Shown piece after piece: positions 11,523 through 25,400 of a stretch of DNA of 64,000 nucleotides (positions within the stretch are counted from its first letter, which is position 1; every line of letters begins with the position of its first letter). The DNA comes from Macrostomum lignano (lineage: Eukaryota): contig NIVC01002101.1 of assembly GCA_002269645.1 (NCBI GenBank), positions 124,001 to 188,000 on the forward strand, in the 5' to 3' direction. The position numbers and the translations under genes were made by a program. Below the pieces are notes generated by a model that was not told the DNA's origin, ran no database searches, and worked only from the letters and a program-made list of their open reading frames with translations.

Positions 11523-14500
11523 ATGAACCAAATCTTCATTACACCACAATGCTCAACTCTGAACTCACAGGACGATCTCGAGAGCCTCCGGCTTGCCGCA
11601 CTAGCCAGCCTGCGTGGCAAAGTCAAACCGGCCGCACCTGCCGCTGCTCCAGTTGCCAAGCCGCCTGTCAGTAGCAAGCCTGCCATTGCTCAGCCTGAGC
11701 AGAAACTCAACAGTATCAAGGCTGCAACTGCTGCCCCTTCAACTGCATCGGCTACAGCTTCAGCTACAGCTTCTGGGCAGAGGTTCGATGCTCGAGCTGG
11801 TAGTTATCAGGTGAGAAATCAGAGAGTTCACACGTCTGACAATTAGAAAGTGCGACCATGTGCAAATGCGTGCCAGTGTACAGTATTGGTGCGTTTCTGT
11901 GTACTGAGCAACTCAAAATTCGCGATCTACCCCAACCCTAATTATTTTCCCTGGTTAAAACTACTGACAGTAGTGTAAAAGCATATTGTCGCGTGTCTAA
12001 TTGAGTCGAGTGCGAAGAAAAACGTAGAGAGCCAGATCATTCAACTGGGCTCTTTATAAGACACGTTTATTTACCCTTATGGACAAGGCTACTGGTTTAG
12101 GCTAGGCTACTGTTTAGGCTACTGGTTTGTTTGCTATGCGTAGGTTGCTCCACCAGGCTTCCTGATTTCCCTAATCCTAGTAGTTAGCGATCAAAGGAAC
12201 AACACAGGAAACCGAAAATAACAATTCCTTTTATTCCAAATATTAGTTAGTTAGTTAAGCAGTTTTAGCGGTGTTAGTTAGCATAGACTACCTTGTAGTG
12301 CACTGTCTTGGCATTGACTACCTTATCGGTATTCCGTGCCCTGCTCCTATCTCCTGTTCCTGTTGGTTCCTGTTTAATTGTCTTCAAAACTGAAACTAAC
12401 ACAGGCGCCCCACTAATCGATACATATAAAGAAACCCAAAATTCGCGATCTACCCCAGCCCTAATTATTTTCCCTGGTTAAAACTACTGAAAGTAGTGTA
12501 AAAGCATACTGTCCCGTGTATAATTCTAACGCTCAATTCTGCCCTACTACTACTACCCTTAGGACAAAAGAAAGGATGGTTGGCCAAGGCTAAGAAGCGT
12601 CCCGCAGTCACTTGTGTCGCCCCAAAGTTGTTTCAGACGCGTTGCAGATCACACAGGTCAAATAGGAAAGAAGTGTTTCTAAACGACAAGATGTCACGAG
12701 ATATCAACTTTTTTCAGCACAAAAATTGTTATTGCTATTCTACGTAGAATAAATATTATTGGTCTATGTACAGTTCGTGTACCTAAATATTATAAAAATG
12801 CATGGTAAAGCTCGAGGGGGGCCGTAGCCCAGCGGTAGCGCAGCTGCTCTGGTGTGCCAGCGACCCAGGCTCGATTCCAAGTGCAGTCACATTAATTTGG
12901 GGCTGAATTGGAATCTCGGCTTGGCTCTGCTCGTGCAATTAACGGCCTTGAGAGCCAACCCCCCCCCAAGGCGCAGTGAAGTGTACATGCCTAACGATAA
13001 TATAAAGTTAGGGCCGCTGTACACTCCTGTGTGAGTGTGTGCCTGCGTACGTATCCGCGCGCTTGTATGCCTGCTCAGGGGAGTCGGCGGAATGGGCAGT
13101 AATGCCTCTCGCCGGTTGTGTGCCTATGTCGCTTAAAGTGCGCCAGGGTGCACACAACCCCCCTGTTTCTTATAAAAATGGCAAAGCTCGACTGATTGGT
13201 TTTATGAATCCATTTTATCACCTTTGTTGAATTATACTGTTACAGATTCAGCTAAGAATGAACAAATAGATTCATAAAACCGATCACAACATAAAATCCT
13301 AATTTTAAAATGGCAAAACATATCAGAAAAGTGGATCTGCTTCCTGTCGAAAGCAATAACAATTTTAATATGGGGCTGGACCTTCTGTCACTGGCCTCAC
13401 GTCACAGCACCAGCTAACAAACTTTCTTATTTATTTATTCCCAGCACAACCGTCGGGCCAACCTGTTGGTGTTGACTCAGCGGCAGCACAGGCCGGGGGA
13501 TGCCAAACCTGCATCGGCTTCGGTGGTTCCGCCAGCTCCCACCACGGCCAGTGGAGCTCCAGTCACCCAGCAGCCGCAGAGACAGCAGCAGCAACAACAA
13601 CAGCCGCAGCAGCCCTTAGCAACTGCGACTCAGCAGCGACTCACAGGACACGGAAAATTTGATCGAATTCGAGACGATGTCGAAGAGGACGATGATGAAG
13701 ATGATGAGGATGCTGAGGATGCTGATAGCGAAGCTCAAAAGAGCAAAGCCGATAGTAAAATCGTCGCCCAAGCCTCGGCGTCGCTGTTGCTAGGCAACGG
13801 ATTCGAGGAGGCGAACCCGCCGCAGCAAAGATCTGGCGCTACGGCGCCGCCAGTGGAATCGGCGCCGTGCACGCTGGACACGGACGAGGAGGAATCGCTG
13901 CTCAGATCGTCGTCGCCTTCGGTGGCCTCCTCAGCCGCTGCGTCGGTTGCCGACGAGAAAGACGAGCAGCCGGTTCAAGAAGAAGCGGATGAGGAGGCAA
14001 AGCAATCCCAAGATGATAAGGCTGAAGCAAAGGAGGATGCTGTGGAGGACGACGAGGAATCCTCAGTAGAAATCTTCAACTCTGTGGACGAGCTCGTCCT
14101 GGACGATTGCACCGACCTGCTGTTCGACGAGCCGCCAGTTGACGCTGCACCCGATGACGCTGCTGCTGCTTCGTCCGCCTCATCATCAGGAGCCAAGCGG
14201 CAGCTGGCCAGGACAGTGTCGCAATCGTCATCGCCTTCAGATCGTCGTCAGTCGTCTGCTAGAAGAAGCCCGCCGCATCAGCGGAAGCAACAACAGCCGC
14301 AACAACAGAAGCAGCAACAACCTCAGCATCAGCAGCATCATCAAGTATTGCATCCGCCTCTGCATCCGCCTCAGCATCCGCCAATACAGCCTCATCAGCG
14401 TTCTATGCCGCCGCAGGCGATGCAGATCAATCAGTCGTTTCGGCCGCCTGTGTTTATCAACCAGGCTGGCTATCCTATGCAGCAGATGGCACCGCAGCAG

Positions 14501-15421
14501 CATCCTCAGCAGCATCCTCAACTGTATCAGCCTCCGCATCCGTCATTCGCTCCTGTTTCGGTCGGGGCTGGTGCCGGTTTCCCGAATCCGGCTGCCGCTT
14601 TGATGATGCCACACCATCAGCAGCTTCAGAACTATCATCATCATCTTCCTCAGCATCCTCAGCAGCAGCAGCCGCCACTGCCGCCGATGTCTTTGCCGTT
14701 GCAGTTGTCGTCAGCTTCAACGGCGCCGTCTTCCTCGGCTTCTGCTGCTGTTGCTGCTGTTGCTGTGTCTTCGGCGGCTTCGGTTCCGGCTGCTGCTTCA
14801 GCGGCGGCGGCAGGCAGTTCCGTGGGCGAGCCGCCCCGAATGTCGCGTTCCCGCTCGAGCTCGAGCTCGTCGGCCTCGATCTCTGCAGCCGACCGGCGCA
14901 AGAAGAAGCGCCGACGGCAGCCGCGCGAGCATCGGCGCAGCCGGAGCCGCAGTCGCGGTCGCTCCGGTCGGTCTCGACATCGTCGCGCCGTGTCGGCCGA
15001 CTCGGCAAATTCTGCCTCGTCGTCGGTCGCTTCGTCGTCTTCGCCGCAGCAGCAGCAGCGACGCAGTAAATTGGCGCCGACCTCAATGGTGTCGGTGGTG
15101 ACGGCCGGCAAGCGGACTGCGGCAGCCGCGGCATCGACAGCTGCTGCTGCGACGGCTCAGCAACCGACGTCTTCGTCTGAGCGCAAAGCCAAGAAGCAGC
15201 GCCGCCAGCATTCCAAGCAGAAGCGGCACAAGCATCGGCACCGGAAGCGTCGGCAGCAGCGCGAAGGCTCCGCCTCGGTAGTTTCGTCGCCGACTGGCGG
15301 AGTTGCCGCTGGCATCGGCGGCAGCGGCGGCGACTCCCCTGGCAGCAGTCGGTCGAACGAGGATCTGCGCAACTTCCTTATCAAACGACGGAATGACGCA
15401 ATCAGCCAGTTGGCGCTGTGA
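11523..15421 (+). CDS. Low-complexity basic/RS-rich putative nuclear protein; exons 11523(or 11571)-11810 and 13445-15421
   Basis: Phase-0 join CAG|GTGAGA (11811) to TTCCCAG|CAC (13445) keeps the frame: ...DDLESLRLAALASLR...GSYQ|HNRRANLLVLTQ... Acidic, poly-Q/P, RS and KR-rich tracts follow, ending EDLRNFLIKRRN...L*. The start is uncertain: ATG 11523, or an acceptor at 11570 with an unidentified upstream exon. Confidence 0.75.
11914..12525. repeat. Pair of ~88-bp direct repeats (11914-12002 and 12437-12525) in an intron
   Basis: CAAAATTCGCGATCTACCCC(A/G)...GTAGTGTAAAAGCATA...TAATT occurs twice with few mismatches. Confidence 0.85.
12816..13177 (+). mobile_element. Full-length tRNA-derived SINE (family A) with target-site duplication
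   Basis: A-box TAGCCCAGCGG and B-box GGCTCGATTCC; flanked by ATGG(T/C)AAAGCTCGA (12802-12815 and 13178-13191); homologous pieces at 4040, 5779 and 35342. Confidence 0.9.
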
Positions 15422-15629
15422 ACTGCCGCTTTCTGGGTGGACTTTTTGTGACTATTTTTGACTAACTGAAACTGGCAAACTGGCGGTGAAATTGGCGCTG
15501 ACTGGCTGTTTTTTATATTCACTTCGTGGTGGGGACACAGCGACTGAGAACTGCAATGCTTGGGTTTTAGTGTTGGTTTAAAGTTCAGATTTATTTGATA
15601 CAATTGGTGTCTGACCCATTGCCTCAACC

Positions 15630-16062
15630 GGGTCAGCTTGACCCATTGACCTACAGCTTCAGGTATCTATTGACCTGCAAAGCTTCGTGAACCCATTGAC
15701 CCACAGCCTCGGGTATCTATTAACCTGCAAAGCTTCGTGAACCCATTGACCCACAGAACCTCATGACCACACTGACCCACAGAACCTCATGACCACACTG
15801 ACCCACAGAACCTCATGACCACACTGACCCACAGAACCTCACGACCACACTGACCCACAGAACCTCATGACCACACTGACCCACAGAACCTCATGACCAC
15901 ACTGACCCACAGAACCTCATGACCACACTGACCCACAGAACCTCATGACCACACTGACCCACAATCTCATGTGCACATTGACCCACAGAACCTCATGACC
16001 ACACTGACCCACAATCTCATAAGCACATTGACCCACAGAACCTCTTGTGCACATTGACCCAG
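15630..16062. repeat. 26-bp minisatellite (GACCCACAGAACCTCATGACCACACT) preceded by two longer related units
   Basis: About 10 visible units; the flanking units are diverged. Confidence 0.95.
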
Positions 16063-19000
16063 TAGAGCTCTTAAAATTGCAAATAAGCTTATTATTAATA
16101 AATTAATAGATGCAGTCGTTGTTAACCACCATGGGTATGTTAGTAGTATCTGTCGCTTACATTTACTCTGTTTTCTTGCTTGTATTATAACAAATTGATT
16201 TTGTGTTTCTGCCCACACCCCCTATCTGCATCTGTGGACCCTCGAATCGCTTGCATGTCTTTACCAACCTTTTGTTTTATCGCGTCTCATTCTGTGTTTA
16301 ATAGTACAACATGTACTTTGATCTGCTTCAGTTCTACTGTAATTTGAAACTATACAATTTCATGCTATGCGTCCAATAGAAAAATATTCATAATAACTGA
16401 ATATAATCCTGCAACTAAAAAATAAGAAAAAATGCGATGAAATTCGCTAAAGAATAACTGCAGGAAATTTTTAAAGCAATACCTGTTTGTTGCCATGCTG
16501 GTACCACTTGTCTCTATTATATACATTACTATGAGCCGTCATAACTTGCATTTTTTCATGAGTTTCTATTTGAGAAAATCTCTGTTGTGCTCAGCTGAGT
16601 AGCAGAGTCAGTGCGTTGGGGGACATCAAATGCGTTGCTGACCGACGCTAGAAAAAAAGATAATATTTGAGCACACTGCAGAGGGGTTGGGCTTTTGCTG
16701 ACGAGTCGCATTTATATTGAGCTATTTTTTTTAATTTGTGTTTTTTTCTTCAAATTCATTGACAAAGATACTGACGGCAGCTTTAAATTTGATCAGTTGC
16801 AATGCCTATTGTATTGTCTTGTGTATTTGTTGGTTAAGGCTATTTTTGTCAGACAGTTCCATGAGACATTGACAAATCAAATCAGGTATAAAAATAATTG
16901 CATTTCTAGTGCCAAATTAGCTTTAAAATGCAATTTGCTAGCCAATATTACTCACACCTGCATTTAGAGTCTCAAGGATTGTAAATTTGAATTTTGTTTG
17001 CTTCAGAAGTTCACAGTCAATGTTCGAGTTAACTTTAATTCTTAAAATCGGGGGTTTGATTTTATTCAAATTGACTGATTCTAGGTGTAGTAAAAGTCTA
17101 ATAGGATCAATAGAATGAGCCAAAAACTGTGAAGAAATTATATTCGTTTCTTGGAAAACCTATTTACTATTTTCCTATTTACTGGGAGTTAGTTTAAACA
17201 AATGTGGCTACGTAGGCGTCGCCATAGATTTTATGGTGCGCGGGGACAAAGCCAAGATATCTTTGGCTAGTTTGCGCGGGCTGCGCTAACTGGCGTTTGT
17301 GTACGCTGCCCACCCCTGCCCCTCCCCGCGGCTTCCCCCACCCCGGTGTTGGGGGGGGGGGGGGGTTGCGTGGCGGGGGTTTTATACCCCGCGGTTGGCT
17401 CTTTGGCCTCGCTGTCGCATTGCAATTGAAAAATTGAAGAAAAAAATTGAAACTGACGCTCATTTTGGCACCCTGTAGCAAAACTCTTGATTCCCATAGC
17501 GGGTCACAATTGATTGATTCGCCTTTTTATTCAACTCATTTCCTTGCATTGCATGTCCGAGATACAATGTCTATTGAATCTATCACAATTGAGCTCGAGA
17601 CGAAAAGGCGAGTTTAAGCTTTCCCTATTGTTAGTGTTTGGCGCTGTCAACAGTAGAAAGACCATGGGGTGCATTTCAAATACACACATTTTTCTTTTGT
17701 CTGTATCTCCAAAAATATTCAACCAATTGCAATGAAAATCCAGAACACGGGCTAACATTTTCCGCTCTATTCGATGAAGCAACTTCGAGAATCATTAAAA
17801 ATCGGCATTGTTGAGATATTCAACAATTCTCCTCGGGGCAAAAACCACCAACACTGGCTCAAAAAATCTCATCATGAAACCACGTCGGCTCAACAAACTA
17901 TGCATATCGGGTGCTTTTGTTGAAGGTCCCGACGGTCGCCGCCGATGCTCCAGACGGTGATGAAGGGGACCCTCGTTGCCTGGGATGCTGTGGCCTCTTT
18001 GACAGATGGACCCAGATTATTGAGCCAATATGATTCACCATAAAGGTTTATACAGTGTAGTGTTGGTTGTCCTTGCCACCAGTGTCTTCGACAAGAATCG
18101 TTGAATGTCTCGACGATGCTGACGTCGGCTGACTTTGAAAGTTAGTTCGTCGGAAAGGCAGAAAATTTTGATCCATGTGGTGGACTTTAACGAAAATCGG
18201 TAATTCAGTTTGCGAGCTATCGTGAAATGGGTCGTGTGTATTTGTAATGCACTCCCCGTGGTCTTTCCCCATGGGGAAAAATAGCCTGGTCTTTCTACTG
18301 CTAAAAGTTTTAGCTACTTATGTAATTTCGTTAGCTATATTTTAATGGCAAAAGCATCAGCTAGTGTTAAAACAAAAAAACATTTACTTATTAACTCTGA
18401 CTCAACTCTTACTTGATCAAAAGTTCTATCAAATTCTCAAAAAATCGCTTCTATGTCCCTTCTGTGTTTCACCAATGCAGGTCAGCCTCGGAGGTGAGCC
18501 AGTGAATGCGCTAAATCCAGGACGGCCAGATGATAGGTCCCCAGACTATAGCTAGTGAGGCGGAGTCGACGATCGATGCTCGTTGAATGCTGCCGCAGTC
18601 TTCTGCTTGTCTTCTTTTTTTAAATCCTAGTTTATAACTACGTACTCGTACGGATAAGCAAACTAAAGAGTACATAATTAATTGTTCGGTTAAGATATAT
18701 GATCATCTTTGAAAAGCCAGCTATACGTGTAACCGAAACCAGTAGGCATTTTATTTCAATTAAACAAAATTGTTATTATGAATCTCAACGAGTTTTTGAA
18801 AGCAACGGGGAAAGAATGCAAATTTGTTGTGTCTCTAATTAATAAAATTCGAATGAAAACATTTTCTGGGAAAAATTAGCAAGTTGACGTCTTGAGAAGC
18901 TATTAAAACAGTCAGTCAGCCGTGCATCCCTTTTCACCGCTTGATTTCCTAATTAAATAATTAGCGAAGCAATTAATTTATAATGACTATACTTAGACTT

Positions 19001-19485
19001 ATACCATGAGTAGTACAGTGCGTGAAGAAAGTTAAAATAAAAATTAATACAAAAATCCCATTACAAGAATCTGTGTGTTGAAAATAAATTTTCATTATGG
19101 GCTGTTATTTAGATGCCCCCAGTTAAGCAGACTTGGTCGCGGTTAGTACACAGCTTATTATAGTGTAATTAAGATAACAATTCCTAACTATAGTAGAAAT
19201 TCTCAACTTTTCCTTATAGTCAAATGGTTCCCATGATGTTATTGTTTAAAGTCAGTTTTCCTATGTAGATCCAAAGATTCCCAACAAGTGCATGTAACAC
19301 ATTCACTAGCACACCCACTACCTTGATGCACACAATTTTGAAAAAATTTACGGTCCGTGATTTTTCTGTATAACGTGTCTGCAGCCTTAAACTACTAAAA
19401 TATTCAATATGAATAAACGAACCAATTTCTATATATATAGTTGTGTATAAAGATGAATTTGCAAGGCTTGTTAACTCGATCAGCT

Positions 19486-22400
19486 CTACTGCGCTTCATT
19501 GAACTGAGAACCGTAGTTTGCTGGCGGACCTCGCAGCTGCTCATCAGGTGCCATCGCGGCAGCAGCCAATCCATTATTCGACAAACCCCCCGCCGACTTT
19601 GATGTCCGCCTGGTCTCGCTTAGAAACAGTCGCTCTGCAGCTGACTGAGCTGGGCCGACTGGGCGCGGCACGAGGCTGTGCCCGAGCCCCATGTACAGGC
19701 AGCTGAGACAGCACGCCAGCAGCACAAATATGAAGTGACCGATGGGGTAGGCACCCGAGCTGATGCCGTGCATTGCCTGGAGTATTTTGGCAAAGGTAAA
19801 CCACGCATACTCTGTCTGCGATAACCGTGCACTCCACTGGCCTCATGAGCCCCTTGGTTACCTGAGATATTCTCTTTGAGGCCCTTGGTTACCTGAGATA
19901 TTCTCTTTGAGGCCCTTGGTTACCTGAGATATTCTCTTTAAGGCCCTTGGTTACCTGAGATATTCTCTATGATCCCCTTGGTTACCTGAGAAATTCTCTA
20001 TGATCCCCTTGGTTACCTGAGATATTCTCTATGAGGCCCTTGGTTACCTGAGATATTCTCTATGAGCCCCTTGGTTACCTGAGATATTCTCTATGAGCCC
20101 CTTAGTTACCTGAGATATTCACTATGAGCCCCTTAGTTACCTGAGATATTCTCTATGAGCCCCTTGGTTACCTGAGATATTCTTTATGAGCCCCTTGGTT
20201 ACCTGAAATATTCTCTATGAGCCCCTTGGTTACCTGAGATATTCTCTATGATCCCCTTGGTTGCCAGCAATCCCAAACTCACCGCAGCCATCACCACTGG
20301 AAGCACAGCCTCTCCAAGAGCGGCTGAAGACACCAGGCAAAGTGTGGCGTCCTCTGCAAATGGCAAATTTGGCGGGTCTTTGACGGCAGCCTGCAGTGCA
20401 TCGCTTAATCGGCCAAGAGATGCCAATGATCAATGGGAAGTTGATTTTCATTAGCCTCTAACTCAATTATCCGCTAGAGTTTCTACAAAGAATAACAACC
20501 AATTAAAGTATAATTGCGTTGCATCAAGTGGAACTCACTGGTGACCCGAATGAGCTGCTCAGTCAGTGCCAGCAGAGCCGGCATGCAGTGGCTGACGAAA
20601 AACCCTGTAGCTGCCGTGGCTGCAAACAGCAGCCCGATGCTGTCCTGCCCGAACACAAACAGCATTGCCGACGCGACCAGGCCGACCTTTGATTTTGTAC
20701 AAATACGCTCATTTGTCTACTTGAAGTAAAAAGTTCAACATATCTATAGTTTTTGTATAAAATTCTAATCAGATTTCGACGTAATTTTCACTAAAATAGA
20801 AAATATTATCCAGCCTCTGCTCATTTGAATACTTATAGTAAAAAGTAAGCCATCGATCTAACACCATTTTTTATTGTCAGTTTAATCGAAATATGACGTC
20901 ATTCTCATCTGAATGTGAAATCAAACCGTAGCCAAGTTATTTGCTAAAGGGCACAAATAGTTCCAGTTGGATCGTGAATCGAACCCCCGACCTTCAAGTC
21001 GTGAATCAGACGCTCTAACCACCACCACAACCCCTTCACCATAGTCTACTCACAGTTAAGCGTAACATGTAGCTTCTTTATTAAAAACACCTATCACAAA
21101 AGTATAACAAATCTATCCTTAAGACTATAGTTGCAATTCCAGCATAAGTCCTACTCACCATATCGATAGACAGGATGCCAATGCTACTCAGCTTGAGACT
21201 TAAAAATATGCCCGAAAGCCGGCCAATCAGAGTGAAGCCCTGTGTATAATTTTTATTCATATCAATGGTTAATATTCTTGCATCTTAATTTAATAAAAGG
21301 CCAGACAACAAGAGCTTCGTAAGCGTATCAGCTGTACGCACCCAGAAAGTGGCTGGCAGGTAGGCAGTTTTGCCTCTATCCTCTCGAGTTCTCAGAGTTC
21401 GCATGGAGAATGCGAAGATCAGGCTGCTGTAGCTGCCCTGCAAATTGACAGACCAGGGGGTAGAGAGTGGAGGATGAGGGAGACATGGGAGGGTAGAGAG
21501 GGGAGGATGAGAGAGACATGGGAGGGTAGAGAGTGGAGTGGATGAGAGAGACATGGGAGGGTAGAGAGGGGTGGATGAGAGAGACATGGGAGGGTAGAGA
21601 GTGGAGTGGATGAGAGAGACATGGGAGGGTAGAGAGGGGTGGATGAGAGAGACATGGGAGGGTAGAGAGGGGAGGATGAGGGAGACATGGGAGGGTAGAG
21701 AGGGGAGGATGAGGGAGACATGGGAGGGTAGAGAGTGGAGGATGAAGAAGACATGGGAGGGTAGAGAGTGGAGGATGAGGGAAACACGGGAGGGTAGAGA
21801 GTGGAGGATGAGAGAGACATGGGAGGGTAGAGAGGGGAGGATGAGGGAGACACCGGGGGTAGAGAGGAGAGAGGATGAAGAAGACATGGGAGGGTAGAGA
21901 GTGGAGGATGAAGAAGACATGGGAGGGTAGAGAGTGGAGGATGAGGGAAACATGGGAGGGTAGAGAGTGGAGGATGAGAGAGACATGGGAGGGTAGAGAG
22001 TGGAGGATGAGGGAGACACCGGGGGTAGAGAGGAGAGAGGATGAAGAAGACATGGGAGGGTAGAGAGTGGAGGATGAGGGAAACATGGGAGAGTAGAGAG
22101 TGGAGGATGAGAGAGACATGGGAGGGTAGAGAGTGGAGGATGAGAGAGACATGGGAGGGTAGAGAGGGGAGGATGAGGGAGACACCGGGGGTAGAGAGGA
22201 GAGAGGATGAGGGAGACACGGGAGGGTAGAGAGGGGTGGATGAGGGAGACACGGCATGACAAGAACTCAGCAACCTTGGCTGTCACTCACCAGAATGCCA
22301 TCAAGTGCGAAAGCGCACAGCGAAGCAAACAACAGGATGCAGCAGGTGGCTGACGAGCTGATTGCAACTGGATCAGCATCTTCAGCTTCATCTTGGTCTT

Positions 22401-25400
22401 AAAGTGCACGGCAAAGATACTGGATTTATGTTTATGAGTTATTTTGGACCGGTTCAATACAGGTGTTATGGATCTGAGACAGGTGATTTGTCATCTGAGA
22501 CAGGTGATTTGTCATCTGAGACAGGTGATTTGTCATCTGAGACAGGTGATTAGGGATCTGAGACAGGTGATTAGAGATCTAAAAATGGTGATTAGAGATC
22601 TGAGATAGGTGATTAGGGATATGAGACAGGGGATTAGGGATCTGAGAGAGGTGATTAGAGACCTGAGACAGGTGATTATGGATCTGAGACAGGTGATTAG
22701 GGATCTGAGACAGGTGATTATGGATCTGAGACAGGTGATTAGGGATCTGAGACAGGTGTATGGATCTGAGACAGGTGATTATGGATCTGAGACAGGTGAT
22801 TATGGATCTGAGACAGGTGATTAGGGATCTGAGACAGGTGATTAGGGATCTGAGACAGGTGATTAGGGATCTGAGACAGGTGATTATGGATCTGAGACAG
22901 GTGATTAGGGATCTGAGACAGGTGATTAGGGATCTGAGACAGGTGATTATGGATCTGAGACAGGTGAATATGGATCTGAGACAGGTGATTATGGATCTGA
23001 GACAGGTGATTATGGATCTGAGACAGGTGATTATGGATCTGAGACAGGTGATTATGGATCTGAGACAGGTGATTAGGGATCTGAGACAGGTGATTATGGA
23101 TCTGAGACAGGTGATTAGGGATCTGAGACAGGTGATTAGGGATCTGAGACAGGTGATTAGGGATCTGAGACAGGTGATTATGGATCTGAGACAGGTGATT
23201 AGGGATCTGAGACAGGTGATTATGGATCTGAGACAGGTGATTAGGGATCTGAGACAGGTGATTAGGGATCTGAGACAGGTGATTAGGGATCTGAGACAGG
23301 TGATTAGAGATCTAAAAATGGTGATTAGAGATCTGAGACAGGGGATTAGGGATCTGAGAGAGGTGATTATGGATCTGAGATAGGTGATTAGGGATATGAG
23401 ACAGGTGATTAGGGATCTGAGACAGGTGATTAGGGATCTGAGACAGGTGATTAGGGATCTGAGACAGGTGATTATGGATCTGAGACAGGTGATTAGGGAT
23501 CTGAGACAGGTGATTAGGGATCTGAGACAGGTGATTAGGGATCTGAGACAGGTGATTATGGATCTGAGACAGGTGATTAGGGATCTGAGACAGGTGATTA
23601 GAGATCTAAAAATGGTGATTAGAGATCTGAGATAGGTGATTAGGGATATGAGACAGGGGATTAGGGATCTGAGAGAGGTGATTATGGATCTGAGATAGGT
23701 GATTAGGGATATGAGACAGGTGATTAGAGATCTGAGACAGGTGATTAGGGATCTGAGACAGGTGATTAGGGATCTGAGACAGGTGATTATGGATCTGAGA
23801 CAGGTGGTTATGGATCTGAGACAGGTGATTAGGGATCTGAGACAGGTGTATGGATCTGAGACAGGTGATTATGGATCTGAGACAGGTGATTAGGGATCTG
23901 AGACAGGTGATTAGGGATCTGAGACAGGTGATTAGGGATCTGAGACAGGTGATTAGGGATCTGAGACAGGTGATTATGGATCTGAGACAGGTGATTAGGG
24001 ATCTGAGACAGGTGATTAGGGATCTGAGACAGGTGATTATGGATCTGAGACAGGTGATTAGGGATCTGAGACAGGTGATTAGAGATTTAAGACAGGTTTA
24101 GAAGCAGGTTGTCTGATTTGGAATATTCAACTAAGACTCGGAGGCATGGATCTTATGTAGGATTGCATAAAAAAATATCTAAACATAACGGCCACTCCAG
24201 CCTCACCATCATCCGTGAGAATCTCCATCTCTGTCCTGTTAATTCTGAGCATCTCCTTGAAGGTTAGCACGCACATTGATACCATTATCGGAGCCTGCAA
24301 AGTGCGGTGCTGCGAATTGCAATTTCAAACCAAAAATTTGAACTTGAAATTTCTTAAATTTCTCACCTGAAAAGCGGCGATCACAAAGAAGGGGTATCGA
24401 ACTCGGGACAGCACTGATTCCAGCTCGTCGTCCACTGTGTACACTGTGGCCGAGGACACCTCGCGAGCTGCCGGAGGTGCAGCAGCCGCCGCGGCCTCCG
24501 CCTCAGGCAGGGTGCAGTTCAGCCACTCGTGCGGCGCCGGGTGAGACAGGAAAGCGCCGATGATGAGGGGCGACACGAAGGCGCCCAGGCTCTGGCAGAA
24601 GAACATGGCCTGCAGGAATGGCCCGGCTTGGCTTCTGTAGAGCTGCAGCAGCTGCGCGTTGCAGAAGAACTCCAGGCAGCCCTCCAGCAGCCCCATGGCG
24701 CTGAAGGCGAAGGCCAGGCCGGTGAGGCTGCGACACAGCGGCACCAGCAGGAAGCAGCAGGGCATCAGGGTGGCCACCATCAGCAGCAGCAGGTGGACTC
24801 CCAGCCTGCCGGGTGCATCAGCGAGACAGGAATCTATTGTTCAGGCTCTTTAAATAGTCAGCTGAGTAGCCTGGGTCCTTTATGACGGAGCAGCTCTGCT
24901 GGTGTAAACGCGTCTAGCCTGACTCTGGTTGATTCCGCTAAATTTATCCCTCCAAAGCACAGACAGTGTACATGCCTGGACGATTAGAGAGTCACAAGAG
25001 AGAGTACAGGTGTTAATGCACTTGTAATTTGCTCAGGAGACGGCTCACCTTCATGCAACTCTCATAAGTTATAAGATAAGTATGCATACACACGCTCACA
25101 CAGGGTGTGGAAAACTCAAGTAGAAGAGGAGACAACTACGGTTTCTTGGAAAACTTTTAAGATCAGGCAGGATTTACCGAAAATAGTGCATTCCGGAGAT
25201 GAAGGTTTTCATTTTTTGAGCACAAACATTGTAATTGCCTTCAGTAGGAGGCAGGTCCAGTGTTCTCAGCAACATTGAAAAGTCGCCATCACAGTGGATT
25301 CCGTCTGTGGTCGCCACATTTGAGAGTGCAGGTAAAGTCTCTCAATCTTTGCGAGTGACGCAACTAAGCTAGTTGGGGAATGAAGTGGGGTGGGCTTTGT

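Noticed and set aside
12816-12890. Functional tRNA gene (also 57467-57540 and 20960-21036)
   Set aside because: A/B boxes are present but there is no proper acceptor or anticodon stem, and each continues into a shared SINE body.
17500-18300. Possible coding or TE remnant
   Set aside because: Translations in the frames examined gave no recognisable motif.
19845-20262. Intron gain by tandem duplication of an exonic CAG|GT unit
   Set aside because: Splicing the first to the last unit gives a non-MFS frame; the conventional GTGAGT donor (20282) and CTCCAG acceptor (19777) restore the transporter.
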